Positions 1-10,474 of a DNA stretch of 54,614 nt are shown here, piece by piece. The DNA comes from a bacterium (lineage in GTDB: Bacteria; Babelota; Babeliae; Babelales; JAUWHS01): contig JBDRFY010000069.1 in assembly GCA_043818275.1 (NCBI GenBank), positions 1 to 54,614 on the forward strand, written 5' to 3'. Both the position numbers and the translations under genes were made by a program. Every line of letters starts with the position of its first letter. Position 1 is the stretch's first letter. The notes under the pieces were generated by a model that did not search any database, was not told the origin of the DNA, and worked only from the letters and a program-made list of their open reading frames with translations.

Positions 1-100
1 ATCGTAAGCATCATCTTTTGTATTTACTTAATATTTCAGCCAAGCTTTGACAGTCTCACTAGTCAAACTAGTGGTTTACCTCTTTTAAATTAATCATTTT

Positions 101-1966
101 TTACTTTAAACTATTAGACTTAACTGGCGGTAAATTCAAAAGCTCATAAACTTCTTCGGAATGTAAAATTTCTTTTTCCAGTAATTTTTGTGCTAATAAA
201 TCCAATTTTTCTCTATTATCATTTAACAATTTTTCAGCTTGCAAATAACAAGTTTTAACAACTTTCTCCACTTCATCATCAACCTTTTGCGCCGTACCTT
301 CAGAATGTTGTCTGGCTTGTTGTATATCTCTTCCCAGGTAAGGATGCTCTTTTGTTTCATCATACATTATTGGTCCAAGTTCATCCGACATTCCATACCT
401 GGAAACCATTAACCTTGCCAATTTAGTTGCGCGTTCAATATCATTTGAAGCGCCACTTGTATGTTCCCCAAATTTCATATTTTCAGCTAAAAGCCCACCT
501 AATAAAACTTTTATTTGAGATAATAATTCTGCTTTAGAGACAGAAACTCTGTCCCCCTCGGGTAAAGACCAGGAAACGCCAAGAGAACTACCTCTTGGAA
601 TAATTGTAACCTTATGAAAAGGGTCAGTATCTGGAAGCAAAACATTAAGTAATGTATGACCTGATTCATGATACGCCAATTTTAATTTATCTTTTTCAGA
701 TAAAACCAAAGATTTTCGTTCTGATCCTAAAATAAGTTTGTCTCGAGCCTTTTCAAAACAATCAATATCAACTGAATCTTTATTTGATTTTGAAGCAAGA
801 AGCGCTGCTTCATTTATTAAATTTTCAAGATCTGCTCCACTAAATCCAGGAGTTCCCTGAGCAATTTTTTTTAAATTTACATCTGAATCAAGTTTCACAT
901 TTTTTACATGCACTTCAAGAATTTTTTCACGACTTTTAACATCTGGATATGGAACCTCAATGATTCGGTCAAATCTGCCGGGTCGAAGCAAGGCTTTATC
1001 TAAAACATCCGGTCTGTTTGTTGCTGCCAAAACAATAACCTGGCCATGCTCAGTTGTAAAACCATCCATTTCTGAAAGAAGCTGGTTTAAGGTTTGTTCT
1101 CTTTCATCATTTCCACCGCCAAGACCAATTCCCCTTTGTCTTCCAACAGCATCTATTTCATCAATAAAAACAATACATGGCGCGTATTTTTTAGCCTGAT
1201 CAAAAAGATCTCTGACTCTTGCAGCGCCAACTCCTACAAAAACTTCAACAAAATCAGAACCACTGATACTGAAAAATGGACAATTTGCCTCTCCGGCAAC
1301 AGCTTTTGCAAGCAACGTTTTACCGGTTCCCGGAGCGCCGCTTAATAAAATTCCTTTTGGAACTTTTGCCCCAAGACGCGCGAATTTTTTCGGATTTTTC
1401 AAAAATTCAACAATCTCACCTAAATCTTCCTTCGCTTCCTCAACTCCTGCCACATCTTTAAAATAAACATTAACTGTATTTGGAGAGAAAAATTTAGCTT
1501 TGCTTTTTCCCACATTGAAAATTTTTGAAGCTCCTCCAGGACCACCTTGAGACTGCCTGAAAAAAACAAAAGCCAAAAGTAGAAGTAACGGTAAAAAGGA
1601 CAGAAGCAAATACGCTCCCCAGGATTGAGCTTCCTGTGGAAAAATTTTTATATCAACTTTATGTTTTCTTAATTCAGGCCAAAGAGAATCTGTTGGAACA
1701 ATATAAGTTTCAAATCCCTTACCCGATTTTAATTTTCCCTGAACATGCTGATCCCGAATGTAAACTTCTGAAATATCATCGCTTTCAACCAAATTTAAAA
1801 AAGCTGAATATTTAATTAACAATAAATCTTTGTTAACAGCATTGTAATAGAACAAAACGCCTAAAGCCAAACCTAATAAAAGCAAAAGACCCCAAAATGG
1901 ATTTGGTGTTTTTTTCTTATTTCCAAGAATTTTAAACCGATCGAATGAACCTTTTTTCTTACTCAT
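101..1966 (-). CDS. ftsH: ATP-dependent zinc metalloprotease FtsH
   Basis: Two N-terminal TM segments, Walker A GAPGTGKT, Walker [30 protein letters not shown], zinc motif HESGH, GASND. Confidence 0.98.
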   Translation of the reverse strand: MSKKKGSFDRFKILGNKKKTPNPFWGLLLLLGLALGVLFYYNAVNKDLLLIKYSAFLNLVESDDISEVYIRDQHVQGKLKSGKGFETYIVPTDSLWPELRKHKVDIKIFPQEAQSWGAYLLLSFLPLLLLLAFVFFRQSQGGPGGASKIFNVGKSKAKFFSPNTVNVYFKDVAGVEEAKEDLGEIVEFLKNPKKFARLGAKVPKGILLSGAPGTGKTLLAKAVAGEANCPFFSISGSDFVEVFVGVGAARVRDLFDQAKKYAPCIVFIDEIDAVGRQRGIGLGGGNDEREQTLNQLLSEMDGFTTEHGQVIVLAATNRPDVLDKALLRPGRFDRIIEVPYPDVKSREKILEVHVKNVKLDSDVNLKKIAQGTPGFSGADLENLINEAALLASKSNKDSVDIDCFEKARDKLILGSERKSLVLSEKDKLKLAYHESGHTLLNVLLPDTDPFHKVTIIPRGSSLGVSWSLPEGDRVSVSKAELLSQIKVLLGGLLAENMKFGEHTSGASNDIERATKLARLMVSRYGMSDELGPIMYDETKEHPYLGRDIQQARQHSEGTAQKVDDEVEKVVKTCYLQAEKLLNDNREKLDLLAQKLLEKEILHSEEVYELLNLPPVKSNSLK

Positions 1967-2114
1967 TGAAAACCTAATAAATTAAAACATTAAAAATTTT
2001 TCAATACCTAAATTTCTTCAATAATCTTCATGTAAAAAAAGAGGAAACCTCCATTTAACAGGAAGATAATTTGGATACTATATTAATAAAGGAAGAAACA
2101 AAAAAAATCAATTT

Positions 2115-3446
2115 TTAAATAGCAAAAAACGTTTTATGAGTCCAAACAGGAAAGCTTTTTGGGGATTCCCCCTCAGTAAGTATGCGAATTCTTCCGCTGT
2201 TGAGGTTTAAAATTGCTATTTGGGGAGGATATAACCTTAAGGAATCCCGCTGGCTATTAGAAAATATAACATATTTTCCACATTCTGAAAATGTAGGTTC
2301 ACGCTTATCTGCATTATCAAAAGTCAATTGTTTTTCCTGCAAATCATTCAGATCTAAACTAAATAACTGAAAAGCCCCGTTGAGCATTCGCGTATAAACA
2401 ATAGAATTGATTTTTTCACAATACGCGGGAGCCGCGCAATAACCCCTCCCGTTTGTCAACCGTCTGACGTTTTTATTTTTTGGATTTAAAAGAAAAATCT
2501 GGGGACTTCCAGTCTGAAAATCCGAGCAGAAAACAACATTATTATTAGGTAATAAACAAGGAGAAATGTTATTTCCTTTGTTATTTGTTAATTTCTTAAA
2601 AACTCTTTTGCCAACCTTTTTGCAAACTCTTTTATCATACAAATAAATTTCTGAATTTCCTCCCGCAGATAAACACATAACAGCACGCATACCATCCTTA
2701 GAAAATGAAGGCTGCATATTCAGACCATCATAAGAAAAAATAACTTTATGTTTTCCGGTCCTTAAATCAGTAGACATTAGACGATTATTTCTGCGTGTAA
2801 ATTGTGAATAAAAAACGATAGGTACTCTGGTATGCCAACGGGGTGCCACACTTATCGCTTTAGTCGGAACAATAATTTTTGAATTCCTACATGAATAATC
2901 AGAAACTTTAACTATTTTTTGATTAGGATTAATCATTTCACAATATGCGATTGAACTTAAAAAGGGTCCTTTATCTCCTGTCAACACATTCATTATTTCA
3001 GAAGAAATTTCGTGTGAACGAAAAACAAAGTTTTTTTTATCAACCGTATAATCCTTTTCAAACAAAACAATATCTGAACTTGTATCCTTTACTACCACAT
3101 TAATATTTTCTTCTTTATCTATATTCTCTTTTAAAAATGTAAAAAGGGATATTCCTTTTTTGAAATATTTATCTAAAGCTTTTGTTTCAATTGATTTATT
3201 ATATTTTTTTAAATCGACATCCAACTGATCTGTAGAATTTAAATCATGTTGAATTAAACTACACAAACTTAAAACAAACTTATCTTTTGATAAACATAAG
3301 AATTGATTTTTAATTTTTTCGTTACTAACTGAAGCGCTACTTACACTGAATTCAGCTTCATCCTGAAAAAAATTATCCGAATTATTTTGCGCCAGGCAAG
3401 TAAAAAAAATAAACATTAAAATTAAAAATTTTTTAAAAAATTTCAT
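2115..3446 (-). CDS. tolB: TolB-like periplasmic beta-propeller protein
   Basis: Signal peptide MKFFKKFLILMFIFFTCLA (ATG 3446 preferred over ORF-track start 3515); PD40-like repeats GLNMQPSFSKDG, GNNISP, GSPQIF, PTFSECG; last gene of the tolQRA cluster. Confidence 0.85.
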   Translation of the reverse strand: MKFFKKFLILMFIFFTCLAQNNSDNFFQDEAEFSVSSASVSNEKIKNQFLCLSKDKFVLSLCSLIQHDLNSTDQLDVDLKKYNKSIETKALDKYFKKGISLFTFLKENIDKEENINVVVKDTSSDIVLFEKDYTVDKKNFVFRSHEISSEIMNVLTGDKGPFLSSIAYCEMINPNQKIVKVSDYSCRNSKIIVPTKAISVAPRWHTRVPIVFYSQFTRRNNRLMSTDLRTGKHKVIFSYDGLNMQPSFSKDGMRAVMCLSAGGNSEIYLYDKRVCKKVGKRVFKKLTNNKGNNISPCLLPNNNVVFCSDFQTGSPQIFLLNPKNKNVRRLTNGRGYCAAPAYCEKINSIVYTRMLNGAFQLFSLDLNDLQEKQLTFDNADKREPTFSECGKYVIFSNSQRDSLRLYPPQIAILNLNSGRIRILTEGESPKSFPVWTHKTFFAI

Positions 3447-3459
3447 ATTTACACAACCC

Positions 3460-4329
3460 TTATTGTCTAAAAACAATATTAAATCTTTTACCCCAAAGAG
3501 ATTTATCAAATTCAAATTTTTTAGCCACTCGTATTATACTTAATTTATATAATAAATTATTTGGTTCTTTAATCATTTCAAATTCTTTAATCTCTCCTTT
3601 TTTGTCAACAATAAAACCAACCGAAGCTTCAGTCCCCTTAGGAACTCCAACAGGAGGACGCCACAAAGCTACAACCGCTTTTTGAATGTGTTTTTTTTGA
3701 TATTCATATAGTTTTGGATCAGAGCCACCAATTAAATCAAAAGTATAAATCTCTTCTTGTTCAATTATTTTTTCTTCTTCAATAACCTTTTCTTCCTTTT
3801 CAATAACTTCTTTTTTTTGTTCAATATCAGATCTTTGCACCTCTTCAATTTTTTCTTTTTCTTTTTTTTCTAAATTCTTTTTTTTCTGATCCTCTTTTAT
3901 AATGGCCTGTTTTTTTTCCGGAATTTTTTTCTCTGGTATTTTTTTAGGCTCTTCTTTTTTAACTTCATTCTTTTTAGGTTGAGTTTTTTTTATTTCCGGC
4001 TTTTTAGGCTGTTCTCTTTTTGATTGTTTTTTTGGCTTTACTTCTTTTTTATTTGGTTGTTCTTTGGATTTGGTGTTTTTTTTCTGAGAATTATTTATTT
4101 TAGCAACCTTTTTTTGGCCTGAAATAGTCCCTTGAGAAATATTTAAACCACCAGAATTTTTACTTAATCGTAAAGGTTTGAAATAAGCATGTGTTGGTAC
4201 ACTTGATCTTGGACCAAAAACGATAAACGATTTATTAATTTTATTATCAAAAGATATTGAAAATAAAAAAATCAAAATAATTAAATGAAACAAAAAAGAA
4301 ATATATAGATATTTCTTGTCAAAATTCAT
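3460..4329 (-). CDS. tolA: TolA/TonB-family energy transducer
   Basis: N-terminal TM with SxxxH (SFLFHLII), long Lys/Glu/Pro linker, TonB_C-like C-terminus (WRPP...FIVDKKGEI); lies between tolR and tolB. Confidence 0.75.
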   Translation of the reverse strand: MNFDKKYLYISFLFHLIILIFLFSISFDNKINKSFIVFGPRSSVPTHAYFKPLRLSKNSGGLNISQGTISGQKKVAKINNSQKKNTKSKEQPNKKEVKPKKQSKREQPKKPEIKKTQPKKNEVKKEEPKKIPEKKIPEKKQAIIKEDQKKKNLEKKEKEKIEEVQRSDIEQKKEVIEKEEKVIEEEKIIEQEEIYTFDLIGGSDPKLYEYQKKHIQKAVVALWRPPVGVPKGTEASVGFIVDKKGEIKEFEMIKEPNNLLYKLSIIRVAKKFEFDKSLWGKRFNIVFRQ

Positions 4330-4341
4330 AAAAAACCTATT

Positions 4342-4755
4342 TTATGTAATCGCTCTTGTCGACATTGCAACATATTTGACACCTGCTTGCTTAAGTTCGT
4401 CAACAATACTTATCACATTTCCGTAAGAAATTGTTTCATCCGCCCTGATGTAAACGGGAAAATCTTCTTTTTGATTTAATGCTTTTTTAACAGAATCAAC
4501 TAAAGAACTTCTTTTAATTGGGTAACTGTTAAAAAATAATTTTCCATCTTTATTCATAGTTACAACCAAATCCTGTTGCACCCCAACTTCTTTACTATTT
4601 CCCTGAGGAAGATCAACTTTAATTCCATTTTGAACCATAGGAGCTGTTATCATAAAAATAACCAACAACGTTAATGCCGTATCAATTAAAGGAGTCAAAG
4701 AAATTTCAGGCATAACAAATCGCCGAGTTCGTCTTTTTTTTATTATTTTTGCCAT
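4342..4755 (-). CDS. tolR: TolR/ExbD biopolymer transport protein
   Basis: EISLTPLIDTALTLLVIFMITAP TM with conserved Asp, IKVDLP, IRADE..YGNV. Confidence 0.92.
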   Translation of the reverse strand: MAKIIKKRRTRRFVMPEISLTPLIDTALTLLVIFMITAPMVQNGIKVDLPQGNSKEVGVQQDLVVTMNKDGKLFFNSYPIKRSSLVDSVKKALNQKEDFPVYIRADETISYGNVISIVDELKQAGVKYVAMSTRAIT

Positions 4756-4757
4756 CC

Positions 4758-5447
4758 CTACCCCACAAAAGTTTGTTTAACAATATTATAAAAACGACCA
4801 GAAATATTTCCGAGTTGTTGTTCCAGTTTTCTTAATTCATTTGAAAAATAATGAAAAGCTACCATTGCCGGAATCGCAACAATTAAACCGGCCAAAGTTG
4901 TTGTTAGTGCTTCAGCAATTCCTGGAGCAACAACAGATATATCTGCCGATTTTTCCTGACTGATATTTATAAACGCATGAATCAATCCCCAGACAGTTCC
5001 AAATAAACCTATAAGAGGAGAAACAACCGCGCTCGTTCCCAAAACCGGAAGATATTTTTCTTCCTCTATTAAAAGTTGATCCACCGATTGATCAACTGAT
5101 AATTCCAAAAATTCCATTTGTTCTAAAGTTAAATGTGAATTTTTTTTATTGTCCTCCGCGTCCTTTAACAACTCATGCAATTCATTTAAATTTTGCATCA
5201 AAAAATCACCCCCTATGCAATCTTTAAATTCTTTACTAATTTCAATTAATCCCGCAAATGTTTTTACGCCTCTTAATTTTGACAACAATTTTTTAACACG
5301 ATTTCTTTGAAATTTTATTGAAACATATTTATATGCAATTATTGCAAGGCATAAAACAGATAAAGAAAATAATAAAAGTAAAATCATTTTTGTCATGAAA
5401 TCTGACTGCCAAACCAACTGCCACGCGGAAGTACCAAATAAATTCAT
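4758..5447 (-). CDS. tolQ: TolQ (MotA/TolQ/ExbB proton channel)
   Basis: SPLIGLFGTVWGLI and VAPGIAEALTTT.AGL.VAIPA motifs; ATG 5447 preceded by a GGAGAG RBS. Confidence 0.93.
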   Translation of the reverse strand: MNLFGTSAWQLVWQSDFMTKMILLLLFSLSVLCLAIIAYKYVSIKFQRNRVKKLLSKLRGVKTFAGLIEISKEFKDCIGGDFLMQNLNELHELLKDAEDNKKNSHLTLEQMEFLELSVDQSVDQLLIEEEKYLPVLGTSAVVSPLIGLFGTVWGLIHAFINISQEKSADISVVAPGIAEALTTTLAGLIVAIPAMVAFHYFSNELRKLEQQLGNISGRFYNIVKQTFVG

Positions 5448-5704
5448 CTGTTCTCTCCAAAAATTTGTAGAATTATAAAAAAACAATTTTTTTTCAGTAT
5501 AAAGAAAAAGATTTCTTTAATAAACAGTAAAAACAAAATGATCAAAAACTGTTAAAAACAAAAGAATCAATAAATAAATTGCAACATCATTGACAGTTGA
5601 CGACGAATTTGAAAAAATTTTTGTATCAACTTCAACAAATTGATCGACTTAAAACTAGGAGAAATTTTTATCCCAACCTTTCCAAATAAAAAAGGAGCTC
5701 TTTT

Positions 5705-8700
5705 ATGGAAATAAGAAAAAACATTCTATATGTACTCACAACATTTCTGATATTAAGCAATTTTTTATCTGTTCAATCTCTGGATATTGGAGAATATGAA
5801 GAAGGAGCGTTAAAAAAAGCCTCAATCAAACGCAAAGCCGTAACACCAACACCAGATATTCTTTCTTATGGCAGCATCTTAAGATTTAAAAACGAAAATA
5901 CTGCAACATTTATAGGTCTTGAAGGAAGTTCTGTTGGTGGAAAAGAAGACTCAACACTTGATACATACTGGTATATTTATCCTGAAAACATAGAAGATAA
6001 AGATCTTAAAAATAAATATGCAATTAAAAACGGCGCGACAGTAAGAATTGTAAACGTTGTAACCAATAAAGAGCTTGAAGGACACACATGGATCCTTGAA
6101 GCAATAGGATCAATCGAATATTATCTAAAAAAAGATAATAGGCTTGTTTTTAAAAATCCTGATGATGGAACATATTTAACGGGATCATTAGATATTTCAG
6201 GAAATACATCTTTATATAAATTAACAACACAGACAAAATTAAGCGGTTATAGTTATTGGTCAATAGCTGATTTTTATCCATCATATCTTGAAAGTGATTT
6301 TAAATCTGGTGATATAGTTGCAATTAAATGCTTATTTAATGACAAATTTTTAACGTTTTTTCAAGATAGGATAGAAGTAATATCAGTTAGAAACTTTCCT
6401 AACCCTCCTGATAAAATTTTCTTTCAAAATCTCGCATCTCCAATGCGAGACAATACAGACAATGATGAATCAAAGTTTCAATTCGTTAGAGAAAAAGGGT
6501 CTATAGGATTTAAATCTTTAGCCCCTACAGGTAAAGATCATTTCATACGAGCAAACAATACAAAAGACGTCGGACACGATAGAGCATTTATGCAAGGACA
6601 AAAAGAATATTTCTACAATCGTGGACTCGTACAAATATGGAGTAAAACTCTTGGTGAATGGGAACGATTTAAACCAGAACACTTTCACATAAAAGGATTA
6701 GGCTCCAATGGATATTTAGCATACTTATATACAATATCAAAATATTTAGAATCGCTTGGAAACAGGGGTAGAAGCGTCACAAGGAACGATTCTCCTATAC
6801 ATAATGGTATAGAAACAGATGCAGTTATTCTAAGCACATATGATAATGTTTATTTTTCAGAGGGAAAACCAAATAAAAAAACACCAAAAGGTTTATTCGC
6901 TATTATTAAAATATCTGGTGACCCAATAATGCCAATAATTCCCGAAGAAGAAATAATTGAAGGACCAATTGAAGAACCTGAAATTAAACTAGAAAAAGCT
7001 TTAATGGGAAAATATGAAAATTGGAAAGAAATAACACAACAGGGACTTGCTGATGTAATTTTTGAAGCAAAGGCTCTGGATAATATAATGATAGGTCTTG
7101 CTCCTGAAGCCAAAGATTATAAAAAAGATGAAAAAATATACGAAGTTGTAATTGGAGGCGGTGTTGGTAATGAAGCCAATACTTATTCATTAATAAGAAA
7201 TACTCATATGGGAAAAGCATCTGATCCAAAAATTGGTACATATAAAATGGGCAAAGATATACCAAATAAGGACTGGAATTCGTATTGGGTAAGGATCATT
7301 GATCAAAAAATCTCTTTTGGTAGCGGTAGAACTCCGGGTGAAAATATGATACTTGAATGGACTGATCCAACAGAACCTGGAATTCTTGTTAAATATATAG
7401 GTTTAAGTAATTATAAAGATCCTGTTTATTTTAAAAACATTGAATACTTAACTCCTGAAGTTGAAGAAGAAGTTAAAGCAGAATTTTTTACGGACAAATT
7501 AAAAAACGCCAGAAGCATTAAAATATTTAAAGATATGATTGATAAATATATTTCTTTAATTCCTGAAGCTGGCGAATCAGAAAGTAAAACAAAAGTCTTT
7601 TTTGATGAGATCATATGGTTAAGTCAAAATACACCAAAAGGAAAAGAAGTAGAACTTCAACGTTTAGTCGAAAGTGTTCGCTGGAATCCTAAACTTGTTC
7701 GACCAACAACAGAAAATATCATTAATTACTTGACCATTGAGGCTGGAACTCCTATGTCATTTGACAAAAAGATTGCAACATTTGAAGGATTAATCAATCA
7801 AGCGTATACAGATGAACAAGTCAAAGCATTTTTAACAGATAATCGTGAAGATATTGTTTCACTGTTAAAAATTTTGGCAGAAGAAGGAATAGAATCTTCA
7901 CCTGCAAATATGAAACGCGTACAAGGGGTTATAGAAACTCTGGTTTATGATCCAATATTTGCAGATTACGTAACACTTCTTGAATCAATTGCTTCTGAAT
8001 TAACAAAACCAATCACAGTTGAAACCTTACTGGAAAGAATTGCTTCAGAAAGTGCGACAGCTGATGAGCCAACAGAAATAAGATTTATAAAAACAACAAC
8101 TAACTTATTGCAAAAAGAATTTGGACCCTTGATCGAGGAAGTAAAAACAGGAGCAATATCCGAAGAATCAAAACAAAAAATAATTAATCTGGAAAAACTT
8201 CTTAACTCCATTATATATGGCATAGAATTTGAAGGTCTTCACAAAAATATTGCAAAAGAATGGCTTGCAAGATTACCAAAAACAACTGCCGGACTAATCA
8301 TCGTAGAAACTCCAGGAGAAAGTGCCACCAACGAAGAAAAGGTTAACTATTTAATCGCTGCTACAACAAATGAGACATTAAAATCTGCAGAAAAGAAAAA
8401 AATCTTTTTTGAGATTATAAGTCAGTTAGTTAAAGATAAAAATCTTCCCGCCGATTTAATAGAAAAAGTTAGAACCGTTTTGGGAATAATCAAATGGCAT
8501 CCTGATGTAAATGATCAGGAAGACGCGTTAGTAAAATATTATGAAACCCAAATTTCCATTCCTGTTACAATTGATGATCAAATTAATGATCTATTAAATC
8601 GTATTTTGACAATAACAGATGAAGCCGGCAAAAAAACATTCCTGACAAAAGTTGATAAAGTAATTGAGGCAACAGAAAAAGATATTAATGAAAGTAAAAA

Positions 8701-8986
8701 GGTCACAAGTCTACCTAAACTTCAAACTCTTTTAAAAACAATGCTAAGCTTGCCAAATTTTGTCTCTGATAAAGACGCAATTAATGCAAAGCTTACAAAG
8801 GTTGCTGAATTAATTCAAAGGAACGCTGGCGTGACAACAGCAACAACAACGACTCAAGCCACAACAACTACGCCTCAAAGAACAACACCTTCAACAAGAA
8901 TAACAACTGTTCCTCAAACAACAATAAGAGGAAGAGCTATAATACCAACAAGACCATCAGTAGCAACATCTATGCCTGCGGCATAA
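5705..8986 (+). CDS. Large exported modular protein: MIR/beta-trefoil-like domains, FAMeT-like (Methyltransf_FA-like) domain, helical repeats, Thr/Arg-rich tail
   Basis: AAGGAG RBS; signal peptide; YGSILRFKN and GDIVAIKCL trefoil-like starts; YEVVIGG...SLIR...YWV...EWTDP...VKYIGLS pattern at ~7040-7450; helical C-terminal half. Confidence 0.7.
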   Translation: MEIRKNILYVLTTFLILSNFLSVQSLDIGEYEEGALKKASIKRKAVTPTPDILSYGSILRFKNENTATFIGLEGSSVGGKEDSTLDTYWYIYPENIEDKDLKNKYAIKNGATVRIVNVVTNKELEGHTWILEAIGSIEYYLKKDNRLVFKNPDDGTYLTGSLDISGNTSLYKLTTQTKLSGYSYWSIADFYPSYLESDFKSGDIVAIKCLFNDKFLTFFQDRIEVISVRNFPNPPDKIFFQNLASPMRDNTDNDESKFQFVREKGSIGFKSLAPTGKDHFIRANNTKDVGHDRAFMQGQKEYFYNRGLVQIWSKTLGEWERFKPEHFHIKGLGSNGYLAYLYTISKYLESLGNRGRSVTRNDSPIHNGIETDAVILSTYDNVYFSEGKPNKKTPKGLFAIIKISGDPIMPIIPEEEIIEGPIEEPEIKLEKALMGKYENWKEITQQGLADVIFEAKALDNIMIGLAPEAKDYKKDEKIYEVVIGGGVGNEANTYSLIRNTHMGKASDPKIGTYKMGKDIPNKDWNSYWVRIIDQKISFGSGRTPGENMILEWTDPTEPGILVKYIGLSNYKDPVYFKNIEYLTPEVEEEVKAEFFTDKLKNARSIKIFKDMIDKYISLIPEAGESESKTKVFFDEIIWLSQNTPKGKEVELQRLVESVRWNPKLVRPTTENIINYLTIEAGTPMSFDKKIATFEGLINQAYTDEQVKAFLTDNREDIVSLLKILAEEGIESSPANMKRVQGVIETLVYDPIFADYVTLLESIASELTKPITVETLLERIASESATADEPTEIRFIKTTTNLLQKEFGPLIEEVKTGAISEESKQKIINLEKLLNSIIYGIEFEGLHKNIAKEWLARLPKTTAGLIIVETPGESATNEEKVNYLIAATTNETLKSAEKKKIFFEIISQLVKDKNLPADLIEKVRTVLGIIKWHPDVNDQEDALVKYYETQISIPVTIDDQINDLLNRILTITDEAGKKTFLTKVDKVIEATEKDINESKKVTSLPKLQTLLKTMLSLPNFVSDKDAINAKLTKVAELIQRNAGVTTATTTTQATTTTPQRTTPSTRITTVPQTTIRGRAIIPTRPSVATSMPAA

Positions 8987-9019
8987 TTTAAAATAAATTT
9001 AATTATATGGAGAATAGTT

Positions 9020-10465
9020 ATGAATAAAAAAATAAGTAAATTAATGATTTTAGGATTACTCATATTTACAACAATCAATATTTATTCATTTTCGTTTTTT
9101 GACCTTGTCGGAATCACTAGTACTGAACCAACTTTTCAGGATTCTTTGGATAAAATTCAGGCTGTAGGAGAGTTGCAGGATTTAATAACGAAAGCCCTGG
9201 AATCCCAGCAAAACCTAACCGCATTTACAAAAAAGCTCGAAGATTTTGTAAATGAAAGAGAAGAATTTGAATTAGATACAATCAAAAAAGTAATAAATTA
9301 TATTTTATATAATCCGGAAATATCCAAATATCCAGCTACTCAAAAAATCTTAACAGAATTAGGAACGCGCGCGGCCAAACCGATGACTACTATGGAAATA
9401 TTACAAGTTATGCAACAAATGGCTTCTGACCCACAAAAAATACTTTTATTAAAAGAAAATCCTGAAAAAACTATGCGTAGTCTGGTCTTGTTTGTATCAG
9501 AACGAAATGATGAAACAAAAAATAAATTAACTGATTTATTAAATTCCATAAAAGTTCGTAAGATTTTTACGGATCCGGGATATACAGAACAACTTGATGA
9601 ATTAATAGCGCTTATCCCACAAACTGTCTCGCTTTATGAAAAAATATATACACTGTATTTAAAATTAAGAAAAATTGATTCAACAGAAGCTATAAATACA
9701 TTATTAACTCTTATGTCTGAATACAGAAAAGCAACAGCCGAAGAAAAAAATAAGGTCTTGGATAAATTAGAATTATTATTAAATTCAATTATTTATAGTC
9801 CTAAATTTTCTATTACCCAACAACAACAAGCTTTAACATTATTAAATGAAGTTAAAAAAGAAGAAGTTTCAGGCAAAGAACCTACTAAATATTCTGAGAA
9901 AATAGATTTTTACTACAAAAAGGCACTGAATGATTTAACATCACCAGAAAATAAATCTAATCTTTTGGCTGGTCTGGCAACTTTATCTAAAGAAAAAATG
10001 AAGGCTGCTGGAAACGATCTTCAAATTCTTTTGTCAATTTTAAAATTTTTGCAACAATCTCCTTATTTTACTGAAATGGAAAAAATCCAATTAGCTCAAT
10101 TTATTATAGATATTGAAGCAGAAGTTTCTGTGTCAGATTTAATAGGCAAAATTTATAGTTTACTCGGAGCAGCCCAAACAGACACAGCAACAAGAGATTA
10201 CATTGTAAAATTAGTTGAAAAGGCGGTTAACAGTCTAATTGAACAAATTAAAAAAGATAAAAAAATTCCCGCGGAAAATGAAACTCTTAAAAATTTACTT
10301 ACCCTTTACATTCTCGAATCACCAACATACGCAGCAAAAAAAGCTGATATAGAAAAGCTACAAAATAATTTAAATACAGAAATCGCTGCAATTTCTCAAC
10401 CTGCAGCTCAAACAGCAGCAACAACAACAATATCAACTGATATAAGAGGACGATTAAGAAGATAA
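9020..10465 (+). CDS. Exported all-helical repeat protein, paralogous to the C-terminal half of 5705..8986
   Basis: GGAG RBS; signal peptide; LELLLNSIIYSPKF matches LEKLLNSIIYGIEF in the upstream protein; tail TTTISTDIRGRLRR. Confidence 0.7.
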   Translation: MNKKISKLMILGLLIFTTINIYSFSFFDLVGITSTEPTFQDSLDKIQAVGELQDLITKALESQQNLTAFTKKLEDFVNEREEFELDTIKKVINYILYNPEISKYPATQKILTELGTRAAKPMTTMEILQVMQQMASDPQKILLLKENPEKTMRSLVLFVSERNDETKNKLTDLLNSIKVRKIFTDPGYTEQLDELIALIPQTVSLYEKIYTLYLKLRKIDSTEAINTLLTLMSEYRKATAEEKNKVLDKLELLLNSIIYSPKFSITQQQQALTLLNEVKKEEVSGKEPTKYSEKIDFYYKKALNDLTSPENKSNLLAGLATLSKEKMKAAGNDLQILLSILKFLQQSPYFTEMEKIQLAQFIIDIEAEVSVSDLIGKIYSLLGAAQTDTATRDYIVKLVEKAVNSLIEQIKKDKKIPAENETLKNLLTLYILESPTYAAKKADIEKLQNNLNTEIAAISQPAAQTAATTTISTDIRGRLRR

Positions 10466-10474
10466 GGAACACAA

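Noticed and set aside
1-100. Hairpin CACTAGT-CAA-ACTAGTG and a possible minus-strand gene start downstream of ftsH
   Set aside because: Too short and truncated by the window edge to assign
960-2370. Short plus-strand ORFs inside ftsH and tolB, and other sub-140-aa ORFs nested in long genes
   Set aside because: Overlap well-supported genes and show no recognisable motifs
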